Positions 25,770 to 39,904 of a DNA stretch of 64,000 nucleotides are shown here, in pieces. Source of the DNA: Octopus bimaculoides (lineage: Eukaryota). Location: assembly GCF_001194135.2 (NCBI RefSeq), contig NC_068988.1:46670489-46734488 (forward strand), written 5' to 3'. The position numbers and the translations under genes were made by a program. Below the pieces are notes generated by a model, which did not search any database, was not told the origin of the DNA, and saw only the letters and a program-made list of their open reading frames with translations. How positions within the stretch are numbered: the stretch's first letter is position 1; each line of letters starts with the position of its first letter.

Positions 25770-26320
25770 GCTGGTAGATTTTTCATGGTAGACAATTTTT
25801 CAGATGAGGCAATATCTTCAGAGGAGGCAGAGTCAATTTGAGCATCTGGATATTTGATATGAATATAATGATTGGTAGCGTCAGTCAATGTAATATAATC
25901 GACCTTTGGCTCATATTTATTTAAATTTAACAGTCAAAACAAGATTCTGCGTATTCAAATAACTATCTTAATGAAGTCTGCTCCGTTGAACAAGGAAAGA
26001 TAAATAGCCTTTGGTAAGTCTTCTATTTATTCGCCGTACAATTGAGAACGCTAATTGCGTAAGGCAATTCCCTTACAACATCACACCGTCGTTTTCATGA
26101 CAGCTTTCTTGAATGGAGGTCAAGTGTTACTCTTCTACATAAAGTTCTCCTCAAGGGTATCCCATTGGAAGGTATAAATATGTTTTAATTAGAACAATAA
26201 TTTTATTCTCTAAATTTGTACGAACATCTTGAGACCTAAAATTTGAATTCTAGGTCTGACAGTATTTAAGTAGCAGGTATGAAGAACAAATTAAAATTAC
26301 GAGCTTCTGCACGAATTATC
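25770..26320 (-). mobile_element. Ty3/Gypsy integrase remnant (core and C-terminus)
   Basis: ILSDLEFKF...PSNG...VTLDLHSRKLS...LPYAISVLNCTAN...YQRLFIF, then NKYEPKVDYITLTDATNHYIHIKYPDAQIDSASSEDIA. Matches Gypsy integrase motifs HSD.G..F / P.GNG / TPHERLF / PLV.EV.L..ANP.YAH; many stops. Confidence 0.7.
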
Positions 26321-26384
26321 ATAAATGAATGCATAAACACAAATAAAAACACTCTTAAGTAGGTCCGAGTTCATTGGCACTGAG

Positions 26385-26600
<216 letters not shown>

Positions 26601-26904
26601 TGTGTGTGTGTGGTATTTTTATATAAGCTTAATGCTTATGGCGATCACCGTGCAATGACTAAGGAAAATAGTCTAATAAAGTGGCATATAAGCCCTCGAC
26701 AGAAAAAAAGAAGGCTTTCTTACCCGCGTGGGAAACGAACCGGCATATATTTGTTCACGCGACTTTCTGTCAAATTTAAGAACTTTAATAGTTCGTGTTT
26801 GTTTTATGTAAACAAACTTTTTATATGCTTTCGGTGCAAATGGTTTTTTATATAGCACCGAGTTTACAATCCTGTAACTAATAATAGTATTTTTATACAA
26901 GCTT

Positions 26905-27851
26905 AAAGCTTATGGCCATCACCATAGTAAAAAGTGTTCGCTATTCGTTTAACATTTGCTGTAATAGACCTTGCATCAGTTTTTCGATTGATGAGATAGT
27001 TTGATTGCAGTGGAAAGCAAAATGTTTATTGCAAGAACACCTGAAATTGCAGTTTCAGCATCCTCTGTGTCATCATTTAATGGAACACCTGGAAAAATGT
27101 AAATGAATGTGTCATAAGCCATTGAAGTTTTAAACGGATGAATAACGTCTACGTATCTCTTCTTTTACAATGACAATGTTGGATTTAGTAGGGGTTCATT
27201 TATGTCCGAGAAAAGAAACATTCACTTAAAGTAGTAGCGAAACAATCCTAGTCATCGCTGTGATTGTTTAGCAGGTAATCAATGAGGTAGAGTTTTATTC
27301 TTTCCGAAATACGTTACAAAGAATTATTTTCTATTTCACATCCTAAGTAACAAATGGATGTTTGACTGAGAAAACATTTGTCATTGTCCAATACAATGTT
27401 TAGTCTCTTAGAAACTGAAATATATCGAGCCAAGTTCCCATCGTGCTCCTTAATAGTTTTGTCAACGACAATAACATTGTCGAGATAACCGTGAAATCCT
27501 TTGATATCATTGTCGGTAATTATGCTATCAATCACTCCTTGAAAGCACTTACGATATTAGTCACACCAAAGGATAACGTTATAAACTGGAATAAGCGCCC
27601 ATCAGATTGAAATGCCATGTATCTCTTATCGTCATTGTGGAGTAGAATCTGATGCTATGCTGCTTTCAGATTCAGTTTACTGAAGAATTTATTGTAGGAA
27701 ACAGAAGGTGCTAGGTCGTCAATATTAGGAAGTGGATAAACATCTAGAAAGCCGTGAATAACTGATACAAATGCATTGTTTCCCACTCTTTCATTATCAT
27801 ACCCACTGTGTTTGTCACAGAGAAACTGAAGGCCAAGACCAATGACACCAT

Positions 27852-27887
<36 letters not shown>

Positions 27888-28200
27888 ATGGATATTTCAA
27901 CAAGCTGTTGTGAACCGCTAGATTTAGTAAAAATTGGTTTTAAATAATTGCATAGATTGGAAAAATATGTGGAGGGTTGCAAGTCAACAAACAGAAAAAT
28001 TGGGAAATTAATTCTTGACATTCAGCTTGCCCCACGCCTCTCAAGAAAAACATTTATTCAATTAGGCCTGAAATGATGTTATAGTCGATTCTTTGAAAGA
28101 AAGATCTCTGGAGCTCTACTGTTTCACTTGGCAGACATATTGGAAATTTTCATGTCCATATTGCTCTATTTACGTTAGGTATTGATGATTCCACTTAGCT
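26905..28200 (-). pseudogene. Degenerate Ty3/Gypsy pol: reverse transcriptase and RNase H, with a weak protease-like segment
   Basis: FSNL...KPIFTKS; LDVYPLPNIDDL...FSKLNLKAA*HQI...DKRYMAF..DGRLFQF..LSFGVTN; YLDNVIV...EHDGNL...KC......I.YLG; LGLFRYY; DAETAISGVL and SSIEK (RNase H). Stops, frameshifts and an (AAAT)n insertion near 27853-27888. Confidence 0.9.
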
Positions 28201-29634
28201 TGAACTCAGCATGGATTTCAGNNNNNNNNNNNNNNNNNNNNNNNNNNNNNNNNNNNNNNNNNNNNNNNNNNNNNNNNNNNNNNNNNNNNNNNNNNNNNNN
28301 NNNNNNNNNNNNNNNNNNNNNCGTTAGGTATTGATGATTCCACTTAGCTTGAACTCAGCATGGATTTCAGCTCCCTATAATGAACTCTAGATGAGGTTCT
28401 CACTACGTTAATGAGTATTCAAATGAATGTTTCTAAATTTGTGCCACGAACACTCTAGTGTTCCGCTTCATTCATCTTCGTATTATCATGTTTCAGCCAA
28501 TCATCTACCTCGATCATTGTTCCTCCGTTATCAGTAAAGTTGTCTTATGGAGCGCCGGTCTTCGAAATTATCCTCTCATTTACCCTTCTGTACACGATGC
28601 ATAACCTCAGATAACCAATTAAAAACATTAATTTGAACGATCCTGGTCAGGGTTTTATTTTTCAATCTCAATAATTAATAGTTAATTTGAAAGCTAATGT
28701 CTATTTTTAGGTTTAGTCTCTCAATTAGATTGTTATCACCCCTGAAATATTTTTGCAGTGCAGACTTATTCAACAAAAAACAACAACAAAAAATTAAATT
28801 TTAGCCAGCGTAAAACTTGTTTCAGTGTTTGTCGACTAAGTTATATTTTCCGAAAGACACAGAGGCGGGGTGGGGTGCATGAATTATCTTCTTTATATCT
28901 TGCCTGTTTCCTTCCGTCTGTCTATGCTTGCTTCTCTTTTGTGAGCAACACATTCTCCTCTCCAGCTCGAATTGATTTCAGTCGGGAGGTGGTTGAAACT
29001 CTACAGCTTTGGAGTAGGATTAGTTTGTTACCACCATAAAAAGGTTAATCTATGCAGAAAGTCTGAATCGACAGACTGTTGAGTTGTACATTTTACTCTG
29101 TGGTTAATAATTTTGATCATGGTGACTGTCGTTGGCTCCATTGGCCAAGACAAGTTCCATATCTCATTCACACTTAAACGCCTTAGCGACAAACCCGTGG
29201 GTTATGTCACTTAGTCCTCAGAAACTAATTCTTGCATTGTTGTCTAATAAATGCTACAGTTTCACTTAATATACTGGGATAGATTTAATTTAAAGGTGTC
29301 TCTAGCAAAAGTAATAACTCCATCGGTTCTGTAGCCTGTGGAATTCATTCTGAGACAGTCGTGAATACATTTTATGGGACGCTAACAATAAGTAATTATT
29401 TCGCGCCACCTTATATGCTAAATACTGTTGTGTGAAGGGGCGGGGATACTGCTTCCTTGGCTTAACAGAAGTAATTATGAAATAAATTTTTGAGTGTTTA
29501 GCATTTTAGCACTTTAAAGTGCTTTTCTTCTCGTGAAAAGATGTCTAAATACGGTTTCGGCATCTCTCATGAACGCCTGTACAAATCTTCCATAACGTGG
29601 TTTTACATACATGCACAACTTAATCCAAATGATC

Positions 29635-29820
29635 CTTTCTAGTATAGGCACAAGGCCTAGAAGTTTGGGCGAGGAGGATACATCGATTATATCTACCAGA
29701 ACTTAATTCATTCACCACGAAAAGCAAAGTAGATTTCAGCAGCATTTGAACTCAGGACGTAAAGAATACCGTTCAGCCTTATGTCTAGCGTGCTACCTAT
29801 TCTGCCAGCTTGCAGCCTTT
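29635..29820 (-). mobile_element. Diverged SINE family B
   Basis: CTTTCTAGTATAGGCACAAGGCC...CATTTGAACTCAGGACGTAAAG...TATTCTGCCAGCTTGC resembles the 7951-8165 copy. Confidence 0.7.
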
Positions 29821-30185
29821 ATTTAATGCTAACAATAACATATAAACAGCACTCCTGCAAGCCAGGTATGACCAAGTCAAGAAAGACTGTGTAACAAATA
29901 CAACTTTCAGTCAAACTAGAAAAACTGTTTCTATTTTTAAATCTAACAACGAGAGATATTCGGCAACAGTACAGAGTTGGCAAAAATCTTTACTAGAAAA
30001 AATGTGTTATTCATTTTTTGTCTCATCCCCCACCCTATAAACATATACTGCCTCCTGTCCTTCTGAATCCTATTCGTATTCTACTACCTCCTCATTTCTT
30101 TCTAGAAATTCATTTAAAAAACATGGAAGTAACATATTGATCATTCCACCCATAAATTGAACTCCAACACCACTTCAAATAGCTG

Positions 30186-30220
<35 letters not shown>

Positions 30221-30721
30221 AAATTAAGTTACAACAAGATGACTACAAATAAGCTGAAACTTTGAAGTCACTGTCAGACTTTCTGCTGTAAAATTGTATT
30301 AAAATACAGTAATGAAAATTGTTGAGTGATCTTTAAATTTAATGTTAGATTGTTTTTATATTTAACTTCATATGAAAGAACGTTAGTATATGTGAGTATA
30401 TATGCATGTATGTATGCCAGATCATTCTTAGTGCTTGTGGTAATACTTAACCGTATAACCTGTCACATGACCGGTCCGTCGATGAATAAAATGGCAAATC
30501 TACCGAGCAGGCTTGGTATGGATGGTGGTTCTCGTTGGAACATTTCAAGACGAGAAACTAAGCTTATCAAAAGGTGGATGAACTCATTATAGTCAATAGA
30601 TATCCAACAGCTGGAGTGAGAGATGGTATTTCGCTGAATTTCTTTTGAGAACTACTAGGTCTTAGTAGACATAACATGTGGTCTATTTCTAGCACATTAA
30701 ATGTCCATTTTACTGGTCAAC

Positions 30722-30774
<53 letters not shown>

Positions 30775-30776
<2 letters not shown>

Positions 30777-30845
30777 GACGGGTTTTTGTCAACCAAATCC
30801 ACTCTCAAGGCTCTGGTCGGCCTGGGGTTATAGTGGAAGACAAAA
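30775..30845 (-). mobile_element. SINE family A short fragment
   Basis: ACGACGGG...CAAATCCACTCTCAAGGCTCTGGTCGGCC...TATAGTGGAAGACA. Confidence 0.75.
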
Positions 30846-31271
30846 AATCTTTCGCTCACAGAAACGGATGGTTGACATATCTGTGTACATATATTTGTCT
30901 ATATGTCGTATGCTGTTTGGTGTATGTATACATGTCTGTTTTATGCTGTTTTTATATCCCGGAATATGTACATGAATATATGCTTTATATATACATGCAT
31001 CTATCAATCTAGCTGTCCATGTGTCTGTCAATCTCCATATCGATATATTTACGTATATGTACATGTATGTGTGTGCGTGTGTGTATACACACACACACAT
31101 GTTTATGCTGAGCATGTTTAACTTATGTATATCTGTGCAATGTGTATATATGTGCAAATAATATATATTTTTTCTTGTATGTATATATGTGTGTGTATAA
31201 ATATGCATATGAGTACGTGTGTATCTATACCCACGCATAAACATATATAGATACAAACACATACACACACG

Positions 31272-31345
<74 letters not shown>

Positions 31346-33274
31346 CATATGCGCGAATTTTCTTTTACATATACATACATGTGTGCGTGTGTATATGAGC
31401 GCGCGTGTGCGTGGAATTGTTCGTGTACGCATGCACGAATATTCGTGTTTTTATGTGAACATACTTGCACTCGCTTATGTGTTAATATATGTGTTTATCT
31501 CATTCATCTACAATAGATATCTAATTACTACTTTTAATTATAAATTACGATGTTGGCAAAGTTCATCTATATTCATTAATGTTAACATAAATGATTAAAA
31601 AATTAGTCACTATAAAATACAAATAAAATTAAAATAAAGTTACTCTGATTATCTATATCATATTTCATTATATTTTGTTTGTTTTGGATTCATCTGTGTA
31701 ATTATATATTTATTTATTTATTTTTAATCTGTGTTTTTTGGTTTCCTTTATTATTCACGTTGATTTAAAATCTGTATAAAAAAACTATAATTTTGATTTA
31801 AAAGAAAAACAATTTTAAGGTATGAGCCTAATTTGTTAATAATTTGTCACGTGTGACACTTGTGCTAACGAGGCATCTCAATTCATTCTTTTCTTCGTTG
31901 TGCTTGGGAGACTGTACACAAACATGTTTGTATGAATACATGCATTCAACATTGATGTATGTGAAAGTGGGTTTTAATTTTTCTACATCACGAATGAGTA
32001 GGTTCGCAATACCATCCAGTATTACAATGGCCTATATGAAGGTTTTCACATAGTGGTAATGAAAATAAACCAGAAGTAGTATAGCAATATTACAAAGACT
32101 AATGGCCATACAAAAAGATTCTTCAAGGAACCATGGTCGGGAAAATGAGAAAATGCTGAAGTGGAGACATGAGTTTTGGTATAAAACCGCCACAATTTGA
32201 AAACTCTGATGTACAATATAATTCCATTGGAAGTCAGGGTGCAATACAGATGTGAACACATATTTTCAAAATGGTGAAACCGGTTTCTAATATTTTGATA
32301 TTATCATGACCATTACTCTCATCTTTATACTCTATTTCATGACAGTTTTTTCTACATCGGTGTGACCAGTTTGAAATGTCATATCTTACTAGTTATATCA
32401 GAGTGGTACTGAATGCTGAATTTGGGAGTAAGACTATTTGTGTAACACAAGGCCATAATTATCACAATTGCACACGTCGTTTCTGCAAGTCCGATAACGC
32501 AAACCACTAACGCTCCAACGATCAAGATCTGGCAAGAAAATCTGTATAACTATTAGGTGCCCATTATAAGCAATGCATAATCATTACACATTTTGATTGA
32601 TGAGATTGACATAACCTTGAAACATAAATAAAACATAAATTTGGTAAGTTTATTAGTGCAAACAAAGTATAAAGTCCTGATACGCAGAAAGCGTTTACAA
32701 TAAAGACTGAAAAAAAACTAGTGTTTTAAATTAGGTGTGTATATAGATACATATGTAACCTTGTCATTGGGTATATTTTTTTCTTTGAAAATTCTCTTGT
32801 TTTCAACTGATTTTTGCTCTTGTCATGTCTCTGATATAAGCATGGGACCAAATAATACTTTTGTTTCTTTACTATGCTTCTTTGCTGTTGCTAACATTAG
32901 AAATTGATTATGTGTGTGTGGTCATTAGATTACAAGTTATTTTTTGACTTATTTTCTCTTTTTACTCATTATTTTAGTGATGATAGACTTCAGTGCGCAT
33001 TGTTAAGCTATTCATTTTGTAAACTGAATATTTGGATTGAGCTTATTTCCTTTATTTATAGAGCTTTGGGAAAATGTCATAAGGCTTGGTTTTAGGAAGT
33101 CTGGAATAAATATTTATGTCAGCAATTTTTATCAAGTCATTGTGTTTCTGCATGGCACACTGATAAAGTATAGATATTTGTTTATTTTCATTCAATTCGC
33201 TCTAGTTCTTTCTTGTAGGTTGCATTATACTACACCTAGACACACACAATCACATACACACTCACACATATATG

Positions 33275-33313
<39 letters not shown>

Positions 33314-33317
33314 TAGA

Positions 33318-34140
33318 CTAGACTAAACTACCCGTGATCCGTTGGGTCACCGGAAACTCTGAGTTCCCAGCAACGGAGTTTTGTTTCGTGGGGTTTTTCC
33401 CCAGGTTATTACACATGCTTTCAACGCATCGAAATCATGCAGAAACAGCTCCTTTCCCCAGAAAAGGAAATATTTGACTGCTGTTTCTTGCATTCCCTGC
33501 TACCACATAACAGGTATTTCGTGTCCTGCATTGCAAATAGCTGTAACGTGGTTGCAGGGTGTGCTAGAAATAGCAGCCAAATGTTTGAAGGTGAGATAAG
33601 TTGAATGCACTCGAAAAAGACCTATGGAAAATATTATTAGGTGTGTATATGAACGGGTTTTTACGAAATATTCACCGTGTTTTTAAAGTAATTTTCTCTT
33701 TAAAATATTTTTTAAATATACAAAAAAAAAAATATGTAACGGTATTAACTTGAAAATAATTAAAAAACATTGAAATATCTGTTTAAAGAAAGCTACAATA
33801 CAAATACTTACTGTACAAACAACTTATATTTTTTAAATCCCATTCGCTTAAAAATATTTCTAACTGATCAAAATATGGTGTTTAACAAAAGCGAAAATAG
33901 AAACATTTACTCTAAAAAAACAAATCGTATTTTTCGTTGTCAAGTAGTTGTTTCTAATCTATAGGTAAGAGTTTCTTCTCTTTCGGGGGTTAAGTTATTT
34001 TCGGAGAATTTTCCCATCATACACCGTTTTGAGTATTTATACCCCGTAAACCCCTAATATCTCAATAACCAGTTGTCCGATTTATACAAAACATGCTTTA
34101 TTCCGTTCGTATTCACATTTCAGGGGTGACTTAATTCATA
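33318..34140 (-). mobile_element. Non-autonomous Helitron-like element (3' end clear, 5' end uncertain)
   Basis: The minus strand ends with a hairpin (GTGACCC-AAC-GGATCAC) about 12 nt before CTAG followed by T (33321-33317). This is canonical Helitron 3' architecture; the interior is AT-rich. Confidence 0.55.
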
Positions 34141-34184
34141 ATATTTTCCCATGTATATATGTATTCATTTATTCTTTTTTAAAT

Positions 34185-34700
34185 TGTTTCACCTCATTTC
34201 ACTCCTGCCATGATATAGCACCGCCTTAAATGGTTTTAGTCGAAGCAATCAACGCGTGTACTTATTCTTCGTATGCCTAGTACTTGCTCTATCGGTCCTT
34301 CTTGCCGGACTGCTAAGTTACAGGGACATAAACACATCAACATCGGTAAACACGCACACACACACGCACATATATATATTAATGACAGGCTTCCTTCAGT
34401 TTCCGTTTACAAAATCAACTCACAAGGCTTTGGTCGGCCCGAGGCTAAAGTAAAAGACACTTGGCCAAGGTTCCATGCAGTGGGACTTAACACGGAACCA
34501 TGGAGTCTAGAAGCAAATTTCTTACCACACCGCCACGTCTGCGCCTATGTATATATCACACTTTCTGTCTATCAAATTCCTTGATAAAGCATTGATTGCA
34601 TAGCTAAAGACACTTGTTAAGTTGCCATGCCATGCCACCGAACCCAATGCCGCGTAGTTTCAGAGCAAATTTCTTAGGAACAAAGCCGTTCCTACACCTA
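34185..34700 (-). mobile_element. SINE family A (34185-34550) plus a second partial copy
   Basis: CTAAGTTACAGGGACATAAACACA...CAAGGCTTTGGTCGGCCCGAGGCT...CTTACCACAC. A second AAAGACACTTG...ACCGAACCC segment follows. Confidence 0.8.
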
Positions 34701-36187
34701 TTGTATAAAGTATTAACGGAAAGTGTTCCTTTTATTATACGTGTCAGTAGTAAAAGGGTTTGTGTCTTCGCTACGTCTTATGCCTTATACTCTGACATAA
34801 TTTGGGATGTCGGCTGAGAACCACCGCTGTAGGTTGGACAACTTTTGCTAAGACATCATTATATTTCATATATTTCACTGCGTAAATATTCTTGCAGACA
34901 GTGACCTGAAGATGTCAAGTTGGCCATCAGCTGCATATATCTAACCAGTATTAGAAGGCCAGCAAATGTCATGTACACTGACTCTTCTTGCTTGACTGAT
35001 TTATATATACCTATGTGTGCATTCATGTATATATATTTAAGTATCTACACACACACACACACAAACACAGATATGTATGTAGATATATATACATGTATGT
35101 ATGTATATGCATATATATATATGTATATATATATATGCATATATATATATATATATATAGGTATGTATGTATGAATATATCTATCTATCTATCTATCTAT
35201 ACATACATACATACATACATATAAAAAGAAGGTGTACAGATGTTGGTGGACTTCGGAGCTGCATCTGCTGAAGGCACTGCGTTTCTTGCATCAAAGAAAG
35301 AAAACCGAATTGACAAGAATAACAAGTTTGCTGGAGATGATAGAGAAAGAAATATATACAAAGAATATAAGCGATCATGTGATGAATGTATGTATGTGCA
35401 TATATGTGTCTATGTGTGCGTGTAGTTGTGTNNNNNNNNNNNNNNNNNNNNNNNNNNNNNNNNNNNNNNNNNNNNNNNNNNNNNNNNNNNNNNNNNNNNN
35501 NNNNNNNNNNNNNNNNNNNNNNNNNNNNNNNTCCTCTTGGAGTCGACTTAACCCCTCTTCGAAACTGCTGGCTTTGTACCAAAATTTGAACACCATTTTA
35601 CTGATTTCTGTTTTTGTGCGGCTATTGTTCATGTATGTTTACAAGTTTAGGTATGTTTGCCTTTTATGTACGCCTTACATACTTATTCGCTTAAATGATA
35701 ATCTGTGTATTGTTTTATCAATACTTTTCACGTCTTCGTATACCACATAACGTTTCTGCCTAATATCCCTATTTTACACATTTACAAGTGTATATGTCAT
35801 CATAAATCATGTAACTCCTTTTTCGTTAAACGTATATACTAGCGCATGCACACACGCATATAATAAAGAAAAATCTTTAATTTAATTTAATTTAATGGAG
35901 TTATCATTTTTAATTGAGATAGTGCAATCAGGAGTGGATCTTGTCTTTAAAGTCATCTTGTATAAGCAATGGACATGTTTAAGTTGGTTAAATCTCATCT
36001 GCGAGCAGAGCATATTCATTTTAGTTGGTTCGATATTGAAGTACATTATAGAAATAAAATAGTGACGCTTACTATACATACAATCAACAGGGCAGTGGCG
36101 AATACGTCAAGCATGTGTTCTGTATTTTGGATTTAGTATTTCACATATATAAATTTATTTGCAGACAAATGAAGTAATTAAACTTAG

Positions 36188-36700
36188 CATAGCCTTTAAA
36201 CGCCCTTAGATTTTGGGAACAATACAATGCACAAGCGGAAGTTTTAGTTGGATTTCACCTGCATTATTTTCTCCGCGATGCAACAAACGGATTTTGTAGA
36301 CTGTTAAGCCTGGTGCAGATTTATCCTTTCTAATATATATAGACCTTATTGATAAACACGTCCCAAAACACAAAATTTCATCAAGGCTGAGCACTTATTC
36401 AGATGAGTAACTTCGTTCAGCATTGATTTTCTTCAGTTCCTCGGCACAATTAATAGCAGCCTCTGTATCAGTGCTGGCAGCGTTACCACTTATTTTAATG
36501 TCATGTAATATAAGGTTCCTTAGAATTGCTTCAAACAATCTTTGACTAGTCCGAAAATGTTTTACATCAGAAGTTACACATTCCTTTGCAAATTGCTTTA
36601 CTAAATTTTAACTTTCGCTTGAATGACTGCTGTGTTTATCGACAAAATGCATCCAGTTCAAACACACAGAGGAGGTATTCTATATTAAGAATCACATCAT
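36188..36700 (-). mobile_element. Tigger/pogo-family transposase remnant
   Basis: FRTSQRLFEAILRNLILHDIKISGNAASTDTEAA...SYSSE*VLSLDE...IRKDKSAPGLTVYKIRL...NAGEIQLKLPLVH matches Tigger F.AS.GWF..FK.R...GEAASAD...QVFN.DE...APG.K..K.RLTL...NA.G..KLKPL. Confidence 0.85.
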
Positions 36701-37333
36701 ACTTATTGAAAAAAAAAAGCCATTGTCTGAACATTAACGGAGGAACTGCTTCAGCACCTGAACGAATTTTATATTTATTGTCGCATAACTTTCACACAGT
36801 AGATGCTGCAAGTTTTAATAGTTTTGCGGTATAGAATTTTCTCCAGCAGAAAACATAGTAAAAGATCGAATTTAACTACGAACCTAACCTCTTTGCCAAT
36901 CTTTTTCGTACCTTAGACTTCAGTTCCACTTGATGGTATCATTCTAATTGTCTTGAACGAGAAACTAGAAAATCACGACACACAGCAAATTCTGATGAAA
37001 ATGGTGATGATATGCGTTGGCAAAAGTTGTGTTCGTAATATTTTGGATCCAAAAATGGAAATAAGAAAGTGAAAAGTGGATGAGTATTGTTGAAGTATGA
37101 GAGCAGCATGACAAGAGACGAAGTACTGCATGAATAAAGTTTGTTCCAAAAATCAGTCTGAAAATGTTGAGATAGAGTATGATGATTGAAGATTGATAAA
37201 AAAAAAGTAAAGCAAGAGATACAGTGATCAGTAATTACATGTTGGTCATTGCTAAGAATATCTATCTATCTGAAAATCTATCTGTCTTTCTATCTAACTA
37301 TCTACATATATGTATATAATCATACATATACAT

Positions 37334-37365
<32 letters not shown>

Positions 37366-37367
37366 GT

Positions 37368-37406
<39 letters not shown>

Positions 37407-37625
37407 CTGCCCTAGCTCTTCGAAACGCTTAGTTTTAGAATGGTGACAACTGATGAAGGAAATGTTCTCTATGTGGCTTGTGTGTTTTCTGTACTCTGTT
37501 TATCATTTTGTCCACGTTTTTTTGGAACGTCCTGTACCCAGATGTGCATCTATATATACATGTAGATGTAGGTATGTACATACATGTACGTATATATGCA
37601 TATACTCATTTATTATTTGTATTAT
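37407..37625 (+). repeat. Dispersed repeat (copy 1), inverted homologue of 63470-63754
   Basis: CTGCCCTA.CTCTTCGAAACGCTTAGTTTT...TGATGAAGGAAATGTTCTCTATGTGGC...GTACCCAGAT.TGCATCTATATATA is shared by both copies. Confidence 0.9.
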
Positions 37626-38139
37626 ATATATACATACACATATAAGGAAAATTCTTTCCTTATACATATTAACTCGTGTGTTCTTTATATATATATGTGC
37701 GAGTGCATGTATATAGGAATGTATACGCACACACACACACACGCACACACACACACATACACACACACGCATACACACACACACACGCACACACACACAC
37801 ACACACATCACACATATATACAAATCGCAGTGCATTTCGTTCAAACGATCTGATAAAGCTAGGGCAAAACAGGGGCATGTGCGAGCCTTCATAGCCGAGA
37901 ATAAAACGCTTTGATAATTTGGGGGAAGAGCTCAAACATAGAGAGGAGAAATGTGAGGGAAAGAGCTAGAATGCAAAGAAACAGAAAAGAGGGGAGTGGA
38001 GAGAAATACTTCTTTAGATGCGTTGTTTTCATCGCAAAAATTCACTTTCGACGAATTTTATTTGAAAAATAAATGTGCATAGAGAAATAGAGTGTAAAAG
38101 AAGAGATAAAGCCGAATAGCGTGGAACGACGTAAAAAAG

Positions 38140-38620
38140 ATGCAGAGAACACAAAGAAGGAGAGGAGATGATGATGAGGAGGAGGAGGAGAGGGAAGAAG
38201 GGGAAGAAGAAGAAGAAGAAGAAGAAGAAGAAGAAGAAGAAGAAGAATATAAGAAGAAGAAGAAGAAGAAAAAGAAGAAGTAGAAGAAGTAGAGGACGAC
38301 GATGATGATGATGATGATGATGATATTGATGATGACGAAGAGGAGGAGTAGGAGGGGGAGGGGAGGTGGAGAAGAAGAAGAAGAAGAAGAAGTAGAGGAC
38401 GATGATGATGATGATGAAGAAGAAGAGGAGGAGGAGGAGGAGGAGGAGGAGGGGGGAGAAGAAGAAGAAGCAGAAGAAGAAGAAGCAGAAGAAGAAGAAG
38501 TAGAGGACGACGATGATGATGATGAAGAAGAGGAGGAGGAGGAGGAAGAGAAGGGGAAGAAGAAGAAGAAGAAGAAGAAGAAGAAGAAGAAGAAGAAGAA
38601 GAAGAAGAAGAAGAAAACTG
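38140..38620. repeat. Compound polypurine microsatellite (GAA/GAG/GAT) with internal block duplication
   Basis: Directly visible. The block GAAGAAGAAGTAGAGGAC(GAT)nGAAGAAGAGGAGG recurs. Confidence 0.95.
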
Positions 38621-39824
38621 ACTTAAGTGTAAACAGAATTTAATGTGGGGAAATAAATATTTAAGCGTTAAACACTGATAATTAGAAGAAAAATATGTGG
38701 AATACGAGGTCGTTGACTTAATAAATACATGAATATGTGTGTAAAACGAGTTAATAAAAAGGAAAAACGTTAGTGAAAGTATTGACAGTAATGTTTGTCA
38801 CAAAACTTTAATATTAATATTGATAAATAATTATTAATTTTCGCCGATTGTTGTCTCGAGTCCAATATTATATAGTGGTGACTGGTTACATAACTAATTC
38901 TACAAATATATACATACATAAACAGGCATGCACACACACAGATACGAATACACAGGTACACAAGCACATACACACTCTCCTGCATTTCCTGAATATGTGA
39001 TGAATATATTGTAAATGTCATGTCTTTCGCTGGTGAAGAATGTAAGACCAACGTAGCTTAATGATTAATGACTAAGTATGAGAGTATGAGAAACAAATGG
39101 CAAACTGGAAACTGATGACAGGGAAGTAAAACGAGATGTCAGTCAATTGTTGAAGTTCTAGGTGATACTTATGACATGAAGGAAATACAGTTATGGAGCC
39201 AAACTGAAAGTTCCTACGAAATAGTCTGTTGAACGGTACTGACCAGCCTACTGATGAGGTGGGGGGAACAGTGAGGATACCATAAAAGTGAAAACATGTT
39301 TTGAAAAACTGAATGAAAGAATTTATCGGTGACAATATAAAGTAAAGTCTAAAGACGCGAAGTAACTGAGGAGTAGAAAGAGGTTTGCACGTGTCGCGAA
39401 TTGAGAGCTTGTGGTATGAGTTATTCCGGGTTGCAAATCACTGTTGTTGAAAAGAATTGAAATATTAACTACGAGGATATGCAGAACAATTTTTGTGAAC
39501 TTGCCTTCATATTGCTAAAATAAAATGGACGTAGAAGCGTAAGATGTTGTTAAATGTGGAGTATACACGATAGAGAGGGAGAGAAAGAGAGAACTTGTTC
39601 TAAGCAGATTCTGTAGAGAGAGACAAGCTACACAAACAACTATCAGCAATACGTTTGGTGAAGTGGTGAATGATTTGAAGGCAAAGAAGTGAGCTGAACC
39701 ACTAAGATGCTGAAAATAATGCCAAGGTGAGGCATGAACAAAAAGCAGAATGTAGTCAGTGCGGTAGTACGGGAGCATCAGAACCATTGATAATATTACA
39801 AAGGCAAATGAAATACACGAGTGA

Positions 39825-39899
<75 letters not shown>

Positions 39900-39904
<5 letters not shown>

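Noticed and set aside
28174-28370. Direct repeats flanking N gaps (also at 21256, 59971, 63556)
   Set aside because: Identical sequence on both sides of fixed-length gaps indicates overlapping contig ends, not biology.
34885-34985. CAGTGAC-CTGAAGA...CAAA...GTACACTG hammerhead-like arrangement
   Set aside because: GAAA is replaced by CAAA and stem II is unconvincing.
38302-38643. Acidic/lysine-rich 113-aa ORF (similar poly-K ORF at 18635-19000)
   Set aside because: Pure trinucleotide microsatellite with no complex sequence.
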